Source: Felis catus
Lineage: Eukaryota
NCBI RefSeq assembly: GCF_018350175.1
Contig: NC_058368.1
Location: 49,849,815-49,913,814 of the forward strand
DNA: 64,000 nucleotides
Reading direction: 5' to 3'
How positions within the stretch are numbered: the stretch's first letter is position 1; each line of letters opens with the position of its first letter. The notes under the pieces are model-generated. The model was not told the origin of the DNA, did not search any database, and saw only the letters and a program-made list of their open reading frames with translations. Positions 24,851 through 38,963 of the stretch are shown here, piece by piece. Both the position numbers and the translations under genes were made by a program.

Positions 24851-27234
24851 ATTATTAAGATCCTAATGATCAAAGGTGATAAATACAGCAATGCTAGAAC
24901 ATTCCAAAATAAAACACAAGTGTAAAATCACTTACATTTGATTCTAGAATATAATCTAAAACTAACATTTAAATTTGAATGTGACTGATTTGGAGGAAAC
25001 ATGATGAAAAGATACTGAAAAGTAAGAAAACAAGAAAACCAAAACCAGAAACCAGTATAGGTTCCCTACTCTGCACAGGCTGAGAGCCCTTCTCTGGGTC
25101 CTGGTCTATGCTAAAAATAGCATCGCCACTCAACCTGATAAAAAGCATCATTGCCAATAAACTGCTCCATGTATCATTGCTCTGTTTATTTTACGAAGTT
25201 TATCATAGCTCCTCCGGGCTTATGTAGGTAATTAGTAACTGGAGTTTAGAGGCCCCTAGTTGATTGTGGGCAGATGGAAAAGTGAATGCAAAGAAGCCAA
25301 GGTCTGTCACTAACAAATAACCGTGTAACTGCTTTTTTCCCTATTGAATTAATTTAACCACAAAGAAATTAAAAGGCAAGATTTGTCATAGAGTTTCTAA
25401 AGTTTACTAAAAGAACACAAAAATTAAAATTATCCACACAAAGGCAGCTAGATCTGCCAGATATCTGGTTTCTAACCAGACAATGTTTAAGCGTTCCATA
25501 TGAATCTATGAAGTGTTTCCATATCTTGATTATAATTTTGGGACAGTTTTAAATATAGCATTACATAAAACAAAAACAAATTATGTATGAATCAAAGCAG
25601 CAGGAGGATTCATTCCACCTTCCCTTTTTCTACATTAGTGATTCTCCATAAAGGGAAAGAAAGAATGTCCATCAGAATCCCCAAGGAGACTTTTTCCTCC
25701 ACCCTGCAAAAACCAGATATTCCCTCCTCTATTCTACACCTAACAGCACCATTTGCATTTGTCAGGGGGCCCTGTCCCTACCTGGAATCACAGCCATCAG
25801 CAATTACAGAGACCAGGAAAAATAAGAATGGAGGTATGACATGTCTTCACCTGCCTCGCCAAGCACTTCAGACTACCAACAACTCTGAAATCCAGGTAAT
25901 GGAAATTAGAACACAGGGACATGACAACCGAGGTAACTTTCATAGTTTGCTTCAAACATTTTATAAGCAGATGAACTGGGAAAAACACAAAGACCTGAGA
26001 AAGGCAGTGTCTGCTGGAGTATCTGAGAACAAAAGCAGAGTAACCATTGATAGCAGACATTCCCAAGTGCTCAAGAAAACGTATTTAGTTGTTGGGAATA
26101 AGGTGGAAGAATGTATTTGTTTAAATCAAATGATTCTCTTCAGTAAAAAGCAAACAAACAAAAACAAAAACGTGATCATCACTTTAGAAAAGAGAATAAT
26201 AATGTGGAAGCGAAAAGAAAAAAAATGGGTCAACACTTGAATAATTTCACATTGTAAGTAAGAAATCAATTTTTTTCATGTTTTATGTGATTTCTTTATT
26301 GAACACCTTGATGAAACTTGTAATGTGGGTTTAAATCAAGTATGGTGCATTCCTAAACTTTTGTATAAGCCACCTTAAGACTTATAAAACAACTCAAAAG
26401 AGAAAGAATAAATAAAATAAAATACCTCTGGCTCTAGGGTTGATCATTTATCCCTGCAATCTGGATATTTGTTTATAAATCTAATTTCAACTTTTGTCTT
26501 GGGGGTTGTATCAATACATTAATTTGTAATGTGAATTAATTATGATTTACAGGTTTTCACTTCTCTAGATGTTCAATATTGGAAGGATATTATATCACTG
26601 ACTACAATTTAGTGATTACTTACTATGAGCCAGGCAATTTTCTAGGCTTGATCTCATTGTACCCTCATAAAATCTCTCTGAATAGATACAATCATCTCTA
26701 TCTCCAAACAACCCAAGGTCACAGACACTCAACCAGCACAAGAGCTGAGTGTTGGCAGCAGGACTGTGTGAACCTCAAAATCCATGCTTTTTCCTGATGC
26801 TATACTGAAACTAGTATTTTCTAACAATGTTATGCAGACACCAAGGAATATAATCACAAAGATAATTGTCATTTCTCAATTTTACATCTTTTCAGGATTT
26901 GAAAGAATCTACAGGTGGATATTGTACATCTATTTCATACAGCATATAGAACAAGGCATGGCACTGTTCTTGAAAATGCTCAACTTGTTCTTGAATAATT
27001 AATATCTGCAAATGTGTAGAACAGAACACTTCTTTGTCTATATGACCCATGGGACTTCTTGTCAAGATGTGAATATGAACTGGCCACGGACCCTGAGCAC
27101 ATTATTTCCTCTTTTGTACCAAAAGGCATAATAATGCCTATTGTTCCATTTTCCTCAGAAACCGCTATGAGGATCCAATGAGAACAAATATGCAAAATGC
27201 TTTCTCAACTAAAATATTAGAAACTGTTTTCCCT

Positions 27235-27785
27235 GTGACTCTTGATCTCAGGGTTGTAAGCTCAAGCCCCACATTGGGTGTAGGGACTACTTAAATATAA
27301 AAAAAATTAAAATCTTTAAAAAAAATTAAAAAGAGGGGTGCCTGGGTGGCTCAGTTGGTTAAGTGTCTGGCTTCAGCCCAGCCATGATCTCACAGTTAGT
27401 GGGTACAGCCCGCGTAGGGTTCCCTGCTGACAGTGCCTAGCCTGCTTGGAATTCTATCTTCCTCTTTCTCTATCCCTCCCCCACTCGCACTCTCAAAAAT
27501 AAATAAATAAACATTACAAAAAAATTTTTAAGGGACTGCTTTCTAATTTTCATAAAATCCTCTGTAAACATAAATACTAAAGGGGTGCCTGGGTGGCTCA
27601 GTCAGTGAAACAACCAACTCTTGGTTTAGACTTCGGTCATGATCTCACAGTTGGCGAGTTCACACTCTGCGTCGGGTTCTACACTGACATTGCGGAGCCT
27701 GCTTGGGATTCTGCCTCACTCCCTCTGCCCCTCCCCCCCCCCCCCCGCTCTTTATCTCTCTCTCAAAATAAATAAATAAAAATTT
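27235..27785 (+). mobile_element. Cluster of three Can-SINEs (27235-27330; 27335-27530; 27581-27785)
   Basis: Heads or partial heads with A tails. Confidence 0.9.
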
Positions 27786-28761
27786 GAAACATGAATACTG
27801 AAATCAGCTGCTCACATAGTCAGCACCTAGAGTAACATTTCATAGTGGTAATATACATTTCATCTCATTTGTGACCGATGACTGGTACAAAAGAAAGAAA
27901 AAATGTGAATTAATACACTTACAGTTTATGAACACACACCACACAATAGCACATTGACTCATGATTCAAAAAACTTTAAGCCTAAATGGAATTTACCACT
28001 ACTTCCCAGAAAGTGTGAACACATAAAAAGTTGTAAAAGACTGCAGCCGTTTTACTACCATATTTATAATCTAGTTGGATAGGCCTCATTCAAAGCCTAA
28101 AAACTTCTGTTTTTAAAATATTATTTCAACTAATTGACTCAGTTGGTTTGAGAACCACTTCTGTAGTCTCTCCTTCATACCATTATTGTCATCATCAAAT
28201 CTAAGATGTCGTAGATTGTGAGACACATCCAGATTGCAGAGATATTACAAAGGGAAAAATACGTAATTTAGAATTAATGAAATATAAATTGAAAACCTGT
28301 GCCTTTATTTTAGGATAACTCAAACACTAGACGGCACCAAATTTAGCAGCATTATGGCTATTCCTGTGCAACTATATACCTCTGAACAGTCCACAGTTTA
28401 AAAAATCAGAAGTAAATCTTGTTTTTATTTTTATAGTCAGATGAAGCTGCTGTAACCATTTTTGCAAAAATACACTACATTACATTGATTGCACTGATAG
28501 TAATTGTAACCAAAATAAATAATCCTTTGTAATATCAGAACCAGTTGGTCGGGCTTTGGAAGATTTTTTCTACACTCCAATTGTTCTTGGCCCAGGCCTC
28601 ATTATATAACCTGGAGAGAAGTCATCACACTTAAGTGATTGTTGTTCCATTTGCGAAGAGAAAGGATTGGGGTGGATTATTTCAAAAATTCCTTCTAGAT
28701 TTAAAATTCTGTTTCTATGTCATTGTTCTACATTGTTTGTCACATGGAATCTTTATGCCTC

Positions 28762-28765
<4 letters not shown>

Positions 28766-28800
<35 letters not shown>
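28766..28800. repeat. (AC)n microsatellite
   Basis: Directly visible. Confidence 0.99.
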
Positions 28801-28802
<2 letters not shown>

Positions 28803-28846
28803 CTACTATAATCCTGGGCTGCATCCCTGACTGGGAGGCACTCACC

Positions 28847-29426
28847 TTTTTTTAATTTATTTTTTTAATGTTTATTTATTTTTGAGACAGAGAGAGACAG
28901 AGCATGAACAGGGGAGGGCCGGAGAGAGAGGAAGACACAGAATCTGAAGCAGGCTCCAGGCTCTGAGCTGTCAGCACAGAGCCCAACGAGGGGCTGGAAC
29001 TCACAGAGCGGGAGATCATGACCTGAGCTGAAGTCAGACACCCAACTGACTGAGCCACCCAGGCGCCCCAACACTCACCTTTTCTTCTCATACTACAAGC
29101 TCTGCTACCAGGGATCTTGACCTCTTGGGACAAAGAAGTGCGTATGCCCCTTCCTTGCCCACCCAGAGTTTTCCAGAACTCTTAGAAATATTTTTTTAAG
29201 CTTATTTGTTTATTGCGAGACAGATAGAGAGACAGAGAGAGAGAGAATGATCAGGGAGAGAGGAAGGGGCAAGAGAGAGGGAAAGAATCCCAAGCAGACT
29301 CTGCACTGTTAGCACAGAACCCGACATGGGGCTTGATCTCACAAACTGCAAGATCATGACCTGAGCTGAAATCAACATCCAACACAAACATTGGATGTGT
29401 AACCGACTGAGCCACCAGGCACCCCT
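28847..29426 (-). mobile_element. Two Can-SINEs (28847-29068; 29190-29426)
   Basis: TSDs CACTCACCTTTT and CCAGAAC(T/C)CTT. Confidence 0.92.
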
Positions 29427-29939
29427 CCAGAACCCTTGATCAGTCACAGCGGTGAGATAACAAATACAAACATCCTGTGCTGGCCCGATTTCTACTCTTC
29501 TAGGTCTTTTGACAGTTCTGTAATTTTTTATAGTACATTTCCTTTATTTATTATTCTGATTGAAAAAAAAAACACCCAAAGTGGTATCTGCTCCTTGCAC
29601 TGACATCTAATGAATGCAATCTTCAATTTACATTGTTTAAGTATGCAAACAAAACAATGCATAATATATCAGAGTTGGTTTACTTGGAACCATCAAAATG
29701 ACAGGACGCCACTATATGACTGCCCATTTAGTCTTCAATTACTTATGATATAAATATGTGTGTTAATATTGTATTGTGTTAATATTATAAATATCAATGT
29801 CACTGACATATAATAATCAGATATTATTTTTAAGTATATATGTAGTTCAAGTGTGTGAATGCATATACATAATTCCTAATCAAAGATAGGAATTTCACAA
29901 ACTCTTATGTGAGTGTCATTTTCACATTTCAGAAGTCAT

Positions 29940-30104
29940 GGGGTGCATGGGTGGCTCAATCAGTTAAGCATCTAACTCCTGATCTTGGCTCAGGTCACAA
30001 TCTCAGTTTATGACTTTGAGCCCTACATCAAGCTGACAGTACAGAGCCTGCTTGGGACTCTGTCTCTCCCTCTCTCAAAATAAATAAATAAGCTTTAAAA
30101 AAAA
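29940..30104 (+). mobile_element. Can-SINE
   Basis: Head and tail recognisable. Confidence 0.88.
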
Positions 30105-30745
30105 TCATAACTGAAGAACCTCATACAAAAAAGTTCACATAATCAGTTACATTCAAAGACTGTCTTAGTTTGCTTTTAAAGGGATAGTTTGCTAAGGTTT
30201 ATTATTTACTAAACATGACCTGGAGAAGAGTTTTAGAGTCACTAGAGAAAAATGCCTGTGTATATTACCTTATTTTGTCATTACCAAAATGTTTTGTTTC
30301 TTCTTCAGAAATCCTACTTATTTCAAATGCCTTATGGCTTACATTTTAGCACTTTGTCTATTCAGCCAAAGCCATAAATAAAATACTTATTTTAATTATG
30401 TTCAATATAGAGCTTAAAGTATTTTTTAAGATGAGAAAGAGGACTAATAAATGAATTCAGTAAAGTCACAGGAAACAAAATCAGTTACATTTCTATACAC
30501 TGGCAATGAACTATCTGAAAAAGAAACTACAAAAGAAATCCTACTTACAGTAACATAAAAAATATAAAATAAAATACTTCAAAATAAATTTAACCAAGGA
30601 GGAAAAAAACTTGTACAATGAAAACTATAAGACACTGATGACATAAATTGAAGACATAAATAAATGGGAAAATATAGCAACAACATAGATTGGAAGAATT
30701 AATATTATTATAATGTACATGCCACCCAAAGCAATCCACAGATTT

Positions 30746-30996
30746 TTTTAATTCTCGTACTTTATTTTTTTTTTTTAATTTTTTTTTCTTCGTTTTTCTT
30801 TATTTATTTTTGGGACAGAGAGAGACCGAGCATGAATGGGAGAGGGGCAGAGAGAGAGGGAGACACACAATCGGAAACAGGCTCCAGGCTCCGAGCCATC
30901 AGCCCAGAGCCCGACGCGGGGCTCGAACTCACGGACCGCGAGATCGTGACCTGGCTGAAGTCCGACGCTTAACCGACTGCGCCACCCAGGTGCCCC
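30746..30996 (-). mobile_element. Young SINEC_Fc inside L1
   Basis: TSD AGCAATCCACA(G/C)ATTT at 30730-30745 and 30997-31012. Confidence 0.96.
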
Positions 30997-31351
30997 AGCA
31001 ATCCACACATTTAATGCAAACCCTATCAAACTTACAGTGGCATTTTTCATAGAAATAGAAAAAAAAAAATCTGAAAATTTGTATGAAATGACAGAAGGCC
31101 CCAAATAGCCTAAGCAATCCTGAGAAAGAGGAAACAAAGCTGGAGGCATCACACTTTCCAACTTAAAACTATTTTACAAAGCTATAGTAAATAGCACAGT
31201 ACTGGTATAAAAACAGACACACAGACCAATGGAACAGAAGAGTAAGCCCAGAAGTAAATTCACACATATAAGGTCAAGTAATCTTTGACAAGAGGGTAAA
31301 AAATACACAATGGGAAAAGGACAGTTTCTTCAATAAATGATGTTGGGAAAA

Positions 31352-31678
31352 GGTACCTGGCTGGCTCAGTCAATAGTCTATATGACTCTTAACAAACAGA
31401 GGGTTACTGGAGGGGTTGTGGGAGGGAGGATGGGCTAAATGGGTAAGAGGCATTAAGGAATCTACTCTTGAAGTCATTGTTGCACTGTATGCTAACTAAC
31501 TTGGATATAAATTTAAAAAATAAAATTTAAATTTAAAAAAAATTATGAAAAATTTAAAAAAAATAAAATAAAAAAATAGACTACATGACTCTTGATCTTG
31601 GGGTCATGGTGCCTACTTAAAAAAAAAGAAAAGAAAAGAAGAAAAAAAATGAAATAAACAAAATATAAATATTAAAAA
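31352..31678 (+). mobile_element. Short old Can-SINE split by an L1 3' end
   Basis: TSD AAATG(A/G)TGTTGGGAAAA at 31335-31351 and 31679-31695. Confidence 0.85.
31391..31574 (+). mobile_element. Short carnivore L1 3' end nested inside a SINE
   Basis: AACAAACAGAGGGTTACTGGAGGGG...CACTGTATGCTAACTAACTTGGA plus A-rich tail. TSD AATAGTCTATATGACTCTT / AATAGACTACATGACTCTT. Confidence 0.85.
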
Positions 31679-33204
31679 AAATGGTGTTGGGAAAACTGAA
31701 TATCCACCTGCAAAAGAATGAAACTGGACTCCTATCTTACCCCACTCACAAAAATTAATTCAAAATGGATTAAAGACTTAAATGTAAGACCTGAAGCTAT
31801 AAAATTCCTAGAATAAAACATAGGGGTAAAGTTCCTTGACATTGGTCGTGACGATTTTTTGGATATAGCACCAAAAGCATAGGCAACAGAAGCAAACATA
31901 AACAAGTGAGACTATGTCAAACAAAAAAGCTTCTGCACAGCAATGGAAACCATCAGCAAAATAAAAAGGAAACCTATACGATGGGAGAAAATTTATATAT
32001 TTGACATGGGGTTAATATCTAAAGTACATAAGGAACGCAGACAACCTAACAGAAAAAAAAAGAAATACATCTTATTTAAAAATGGGCAGAGAACATGAAC
32101 AGACATTTTTCCAAAGAAGACATAAAAATGGTCAACAGGTAAGGTATTCAATATTACTAATCATCAGGGAATGCAAATCAAAACCACAGTGAGAGATCAC
32201 CTCATATGTGTTAGAATGGCTATTATCAAAAAGACAAGAGATAACAAATATTGACAAAAATATGGAGAAAACGGAAAGCTTTTCCACTGTTAGGTGTAGG
32301 GATATAACTTGGTACAGCTATTATGGAAAACAGTATGGAGGTTCCTCAAAAATTAAAAATTGAGCTACCATATGATCCAGCAATCCCATTTCTTGGTATA
32401 TGTCCAAAGGAAATGAATTCAGGGTCTCAAAGAAATAGCTGCACTGCCGTGTTCACTGCGGCATTATTCACAGCAGCCAAGATATGGAAGAACTTAAGTG
32501 TTCATCAACAGATACATAGATAAAGAAAATGTGGCATATACATACACAATGAAATGCTATCCAGTCACAAAACAGAAAGAAATCCTGTCCTTTGCCACAA
32601 CATGGGTGAATCTTTTATGCAAAGTGAAATAAGCTAGGCAGAGAAAGACAAATACTTTATGGCATCACTTATATGTAGATCTAAAAAAAAAAAGGTTGAA
32701 TTCATAGAAAAAGAGCACAGAATGGTGGTTGCCAGGGGGTGGGGGAAATGGGAAAATGTTGATTAATAAGTTCTGAGGATCTAATGTATAGAATGGTAAC
32801 TATAGTTAATAATGTTGTACTAAGTACTTGAACTTGACAAGAGTAGATCCTAAGCATTCTCATCACACACACACAAGTTAATTGTATAAGGTGATTAGTG
32901 TATTAATTAACTTGATTGAGGTATTCATTCCACAATGCATGCATACATTTATTAAATCATCATATTGTGTACTTCAAATATATACAATTTTATTTATCAA
33001 TTTTACTTCAATAAAGCTGGAAAAAAATAAAATATAGGAAATAAATTTTCACATAAATTAAATCTAACATTGTATCTGACTTGAAAGAATGAAACCTGTG
33101 TCCCAGATCACTCATTCACTTATTCAATCAACTTTTCTTATGCAGTTACTGCATGCCAGGCCCTGTACCAGTAATGGGAATAAACAACGATTAAAATAGT
33201 CCCT

Positions 33205-33950
33205 GAAGAGGATATTCACATACTCTCAAAGTATCTTCCCAAAGCTCTTTATTAATTACAAAGGTGAAAAGTTATCTACAGATGGAAAGATCTGGCAATA
33301 CCACCTTAACCTACAACGTCACCAAAAACAGAACAAATGACAAACAGGCCTCTTGGTACATTACAATGAAATGGGAGAACACAATCTCACCTACAGAACA
33401 TTCTTGCCATGATGTTTAACTTGAATCTAACTGGAAATATGATTAAACAAAACGAGACTGTGGGGGTACTGTATAAGAAAATGGTCTGTATTCTTTAGAA
33501 CTATCAGTATTATGAAAGATAAAAGGCATGCCAACCAAATGTTCCTTGACTGATAAAAGGCATGTTCCTTGACTGAATTCTAGAGTGGGAAAAAAAGAAA
33601 AACAGTTACAAAGGACATCTCTGGGACAACAGAAAAAACCTGAATGTAGATTTTATCTGATAACTTCACTATATCAGTGTTAAATATCTCGCCTGTAATA
33701 ATGACTGGGTGGTTGTGGAATGAATGAAAATGTCCTTATTTGGAAAAGACACAGTTCTGAAATACCATATCTACAACTCACTTTCAAATATTTCAGCTTT
33801 AACAAAAGAGATAATACAAATTCCCCAAATGTTAACAACCAGTGAATCTACATGAAGGGAATACCACGTCCATAGTATTATTTTCCACTTTTTACAGTCT
33901 TAAAATTATTTGAAAAAAATCTCTGAAATAAAGTTTGAGGTAAAAAATAT
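33205..33950 (+). mobile_element. Old LINE-1 3' region (L1MC/ME-like)
   Basis: GTATCTTCCCAAAG...TTATTAATTACAAAGG and CAAATGTTAACAACCAGTGAATCTA motifs. Confidence 0.7.
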
Positions 33951-35115
33951 ATGGACCACGCCCATTAGCTTATAGTCTGATGTCACCATGTCATCATGAC
34001 CTTTGGTTCCCTCTTCTATAAAAATAAAGTAACAATAAGAATCCCTTTGTTTTGTATTGTATTAGGAAAACAAGCATAAACAATTATATCTAGAGCTTAC
34101 AAATATGCGAGGAAACTGGAACTCTCTTAAACTGCTAGTTTCACTATAAATTAGCAAAAACTTTAGGAAAATCAACTTGAGAGTAAGTAATAGAACCAAT
34201 AAAAAGTCTACTTTAATCCTTCCATACCTTCATCATTGATGATAAATTTACCAAATCTAAGTAACAAAAGGTTTGCCTACGAATATCCTCCAATTTCTAA
34301 GTTTGCCACCCACCAAATCCATTGACTAAACCAAGCAATTTCTGGAATCGTGTACAATAGTTGTGTATCTTTGTGCATAGTGAAGCTTATCCTTTGTATC
34401 ACCTATAACTCATTTCATAAGCACATAAAAAAGATTTTAGCCTTGAAACTATATTTCACTATTAACTGCAAAATATACTCCTGGCCTAACCAACTGGCTC
34501 CCATCCCCTTGGGACCAGCTGACAAAGGTCTTCTTAAGGACTTCCTGCCAACCTCACACTCTTCCTCTTTCTAGTTAAAAAAAAAAAAAAAAAAAAATAT
34601 CTGGACTAATTTGAGATCAAGCAAGTAGGAGTCAAATATTTGTGGTTTTGCTATATCTAAAATTCTTATCATTGCCTCACAGAATAATAATGTGCCTTGA
34701 GCTTTTATTCAAGGTTACTACAGAAACAGCCATATTAAAAATGTTCCAACACCCTGCAGTGTAAAACTGTGGTCACTCAATGTTATGTCAAGTCCCAAAT
34801 GAGAAGTTTCATTTAGAACTGAGTCTTAAGAAAAACCGTTTCCTCTGAGGAGCTGGTATTCTTCTTTGCTTTTAGATTACTTATCAGATGAACTTTTTCA
34901 TGCTCTGGTTGCTGGGAAGCCAGAGTCAATCCTGAGCTTAACTAAAAATGACATTAACACTTGTATAGTACATATTCGTTTCCTTCTCCTTTCCCTGGTT
35001 CTGATCTTCCCTTTCTATTTTATTAATAGCCTTTATTAGAAGACATTTTCAAGCTCTTTTTAGAAAGAAGTCAGTATAAATACATTTAGAAACTACAATT
35101 TTAAAGTACAACACG

Positions 35116-35250
35116 TGATGAAATTTTTGAACTGGACAGAGGTGATGGTTGCACAACATTATGAATACACTAAATGCTACTGAACTGTACATTTTATTTA
35201 AAATAGTTAATTTCATGTTCTACAATTTTTCCTCAACAACAATAAAAAAA
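35116..35250 (+). mobile_element. L1MB-like 3' end fragment
   Basis: GAGGTGATGGTTGCACAACATTATGAATACACTAAATGCTACTGAACTGTAC plus A tail. Confidence 0.8.
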
Positions 35251-37130
35251 GTACAGTATAATCCCAGCAAGTAGCATATGTTTAGCAGTCAAATAATCCT
35301 ATTACATTTTCCCCATTTTCACTGTGGTGTGTGGACAGAGAACTAATCTGTTCTCTACCATCTGTATTGTTTCTCCCTTGCTTCTCTATGTTCTAGTAAA
35401 ATTTTCAACCATTTGCTTCATGTTAAAAATCCTAAATATTCTCTTAGGCCAGCAGTTTCTAAACCAGCCTGATTTTTGGACTCAAAAGAATTATTTTTTT
35501 CAAAAGACATCTTTCATAGAATCCCAGTATATAAATCAGATAAAACCAGCTGCTCTGCTTGCAGACCTTGAGTGAGAAATCTAAGACCTGCAGACACTAT
35601 TGCCCTGGGGTTCCCATTCCCCTCAGATCTCCCCAGCACACCAACGGGCCACCTAGAAAGCTGGAAACAGACCCTTTACAAAGAGAGAAAAGACTTTTTT
35701 ATATGCCATTACTAGACAACCACAATTAAAATGTTATCTTATCTCCTGTGATCCAGATAATTACTTCCCTCCTCCATTACACTCACATATGAGGATTTAA
35801 AGTGTTTTAAGATATAATTTAACTTCCACCAGTTTCTCTGGTGAAAATTACTTGTGGCTGTTTGTAACAACTTTTATGGAATAGCTATGCAATAAAATAC
35901 AGGTTAATATTTCATCATAAAAAATTGACATGTTATTAGAAAACTATGAAATAAAAATGATTTTTCTATAAACCACATGCTAATTTGTATAGTTTTTACT
36001 ACAACAGTTAGTACATACTTCAAATTCTGTTTCTCCTGTTTTTTAGTTGATGTTTTAATTCAGTTTTACCAACCAATATTACAAATTTATCATCCTTCCC
36101 ATTTGTAATTTCTTGGGGGTAGGGTGGGTGGAGAGACCTTGTAACATATGTGTCTGCTAAAAAATGTTAAGTATCAAAGATGCTATCAAAAGGCTTAACC
36201 CTTAGAGGGCTTGGCGCTCCTTTCTGAAATTAGAAAGTAAATAAATAGGCAATACTAAAACTTGATGCACATATATTTCCAGGAATTTTGCTATTACATT
36301 AAATGAAGTATACCTCTAGAGGAAAGATGAAAATTCTGACAGTACGTAATAATGAAGAAAAACAAAGAAAACAATGCAAAAGAAATGAATGGCGTCTCTG
36401 ACCACAATGATGTAAAGTAGGGGCTCAATAAATACAGGTGTAATAAGCCCATAAAATGACAATTATGAAAGTACTAGCATGGTAAATTTCACTCTTCTCT
36501 ACCAAAAAATAAGCAAAATTTCAAGAACATTATTTCCAAATGTATTAAAACTTTTACCAACTTGCACAAGTTTTATTCTTATGTCCGATGTAGCTGGCAC
36601 AAATCAGTCATAGTAAACGACATCTGAATGAAAATCTAGTATTATACTGCTTTATAAATAGTGTAAATAAGATGTTTAGGTAGAACGTTTTTGCTTACAA
36701 GTATCTTCAAGCATTCAGAAGCATATGTAAAAGTTAAGCTGATTGTAAGGTCTTCTTAACTATTCAAATACAAATTCTCTAAGGATCTCTAACAAGCACT
36801 ACATTTCATATATAATAGCCTTTATTTTTAGTGCAAGAATTAAATTATACAATTCAAAATTAAATTTGGATTTTTCACCAATTCATATTTTCCTCCCCAA
36901 GTATTGCCAAATAATTGGGTTCCATTCAGACATATTTAAAGCAAGTTATTCAATTATTTTAAAACAAAATTATAAGTACAGTAATGCATACGCTCCCACC
37001 AGGGAGAAAAAATATTTTCTATTTTAAAATATTCTTATTTAATAATGTTGAACAAGAAAAATCACACATGGATCCTGGTACCTAAAACTGTCAGCAACAA
37101 ATAAAGCAAATATAAAAATAAAGAACTATT

Positions 37131-37345
37131 GGGGTGTCTGGGTGGCTCAGTCAGTTCAACTTCCAACTTCAGCTCAGGTCATGCTCTCGCGGTTCAGGAG
37201 TTCAAGCCCCGCATCAGGCTCTGTGCTGACAGCTCAGAGCCTGGAGCCTGCTTCAGGTTCTGTGTCTCCCTCTCTCTGCCCCTCCCTCCTTTCACTTGGT
37301 ATGTGTTTCTCTCTCTCAAAAATAAACAGTAAAAAAAATTAATAA
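37131..37345 (+). mobile_element. Can-SINE
   Basis: TSD AATAAAG(A/T)ACTATT. Confidence 0.92.
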
Positions 37346-38054
37346 AGTACTATTTTATGAAATACCATAATTTCTAACAATGTATCATATAATAAATCTC
37401 AATTGTGATTTTTTAAGAAGTATAGTCTACCATTCCACAATGTACCTGAAACTATCTACTTGTACCTACTTTTAATTATTTAATAGGCTCTTTCCAGGCT
37501 TAAAAAAAAAAAGATTGATACAAATGTAAGCATAGATATTTTATTTTCTCACTTCTCCTAAAGTATATAAAACTATTGTTCATGTGGCATTAAAAGCTGC
37601 ATGCAAAAATTGCTTCCAATTTAACTCAAAGACTTTAAGTAAAAGATAGTATCATTTCCAAAATTAAACACAGAATCTATGTTCAGCTTCTACAGAAAAC
37701 ATATAGGAGCTGCTATATTTTATTAAGCACTAGGTAACTTCAAACTGGCAGACTGCTTTAGAAAAGAATTTCTGGGGTGGAATTTGGCATGTTAGGACAA
37801 GGCATGTTAGGACCCGATACAGACAAGCAAGACCTGACAAGAGCCTGTAAGCCCCAGTCTCTGTTCTCAGGGTTTATAATGATCTGATCAAAGGTATATA
37901 CCCATTGGAAAAATTCTCGAATACAACCTTTTATAGCTGTCAGCTTCCTCTCTCTAATCCTGAACTATTATTTTAAATTTGAAAGTCAAGTACTCTAGGA
38001 AAAATGCAAACATGAACATATAAATGTTCTCCTTAATTGAATATATGCCTATTC

Positions 38055-38268
38055 TTTTTATATTATTATTATTTTAACATTTATTCATTTTGGAGAGACA
38101 GAGCACAAGTAGGGGCAGGGCAGAGAGGGAGGGAGACACAGAATCTGAAGCAGGCTTCAGGCTCAGAGCTGTCAGCAAGAGCCTGACGTGGGCTCGAACT
38201 CATGAGCCGTGAGATCACGACCTGAGCTGAAGTTCGATCCTTAACCAACTGAGCCACCCAGGTGCCCC
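38055..38268 (-). mobile_element. Can-SINE
   Basis: Reverse-oriented body. Confidence 0.9.
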
Positions 38269-38963
38269 AACATATGGCTAGTCTTTTATCTACTTCTGAT
38301 TATTTCCAGAATATATGAATTGGTGAAAAATCCAAATTTAAGTTTTAATTGTGTGATTTAGAGAAATTGAAGAAAAAAGAGACCATTTCTATGTAACTAA
38401 GTAAAAAGATCAAAATAACCTAGTTTTCCCTCCTTCCCATCCCGTCTTTCAAACTACATGGCTCAGTAAGAACTAGAGAAGCTTTCTTAATCAACCTTCC
38501 TCTAATTGAGTTAATGAATGAACCCTTGCTCTCCATTGCTTCTGTAAAACATGCATGTCCCACATGCCACAGCCCATTGGCTGCTAGTAGTTAGGGGCCC
38601 ACCCTCCATACAGGAAGGCTTATCTGTCTCCCTATTTGAATCTTATGCTTATTAGTCTATTGTGTTTTGTCCCCAGTCCTCTTTACAGCTATTGTAATTA
38701 TATTCATGTAACTGAATATAATGTAAACCAATAAAATATGAGTTCCAAATGAAAAACAAAATGTGTCTTACAAGACTAAGGTGAGGCACTAAAACAAAAA
38801 GCTTGTCAAATCAAGTACATTCGAAAACAGCCATACTGGAAAATTAGAAAAAAAAAAAAAAAAAAAAAAAAAAACTGTGAAAATGCCTTGGTACTCAGAC
38901 CAATTTGCAAGTATCTTTTCATACGACTCCACATTAAAGAAACCTTTAAAGTGTATGACTTTA

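Larger units (their letters stand above)
30440..33030 (+). mobile_element. Older 5'-truncated LINE-1 (L1MA-like): decayed ORF2 3' half and 3' UTR, hosting nested insertions
   Basis: ORF2 remnants (ENSMEVPQKLKIELPYDPAIPFLGICPKE in ORF 32323-32523). Ends TCAATAAAGCTGGAAAAAAA. Confidence 0.93.

Noticed and set aside
25587..26240. 217-aa plus-strand ORF, the longest ORF outside repeats and the CpG island
   Set aside because: No recognisable domain or homolog, Lys/Asn-rich tail mirrors A-rich DNA, antisense to the gene, and no poly(A)/TSD of a retrocopy. Treated as chance; BLASTP or PhyloCSF would settle it.
37787..37813. Small tandem duplications (GGCATGTTAGGAC x2; similar near 33520-33575, 57070-57105 and 61096-61118)
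   Set aside because: Ordinary slippage-type duplications with no sign of function.
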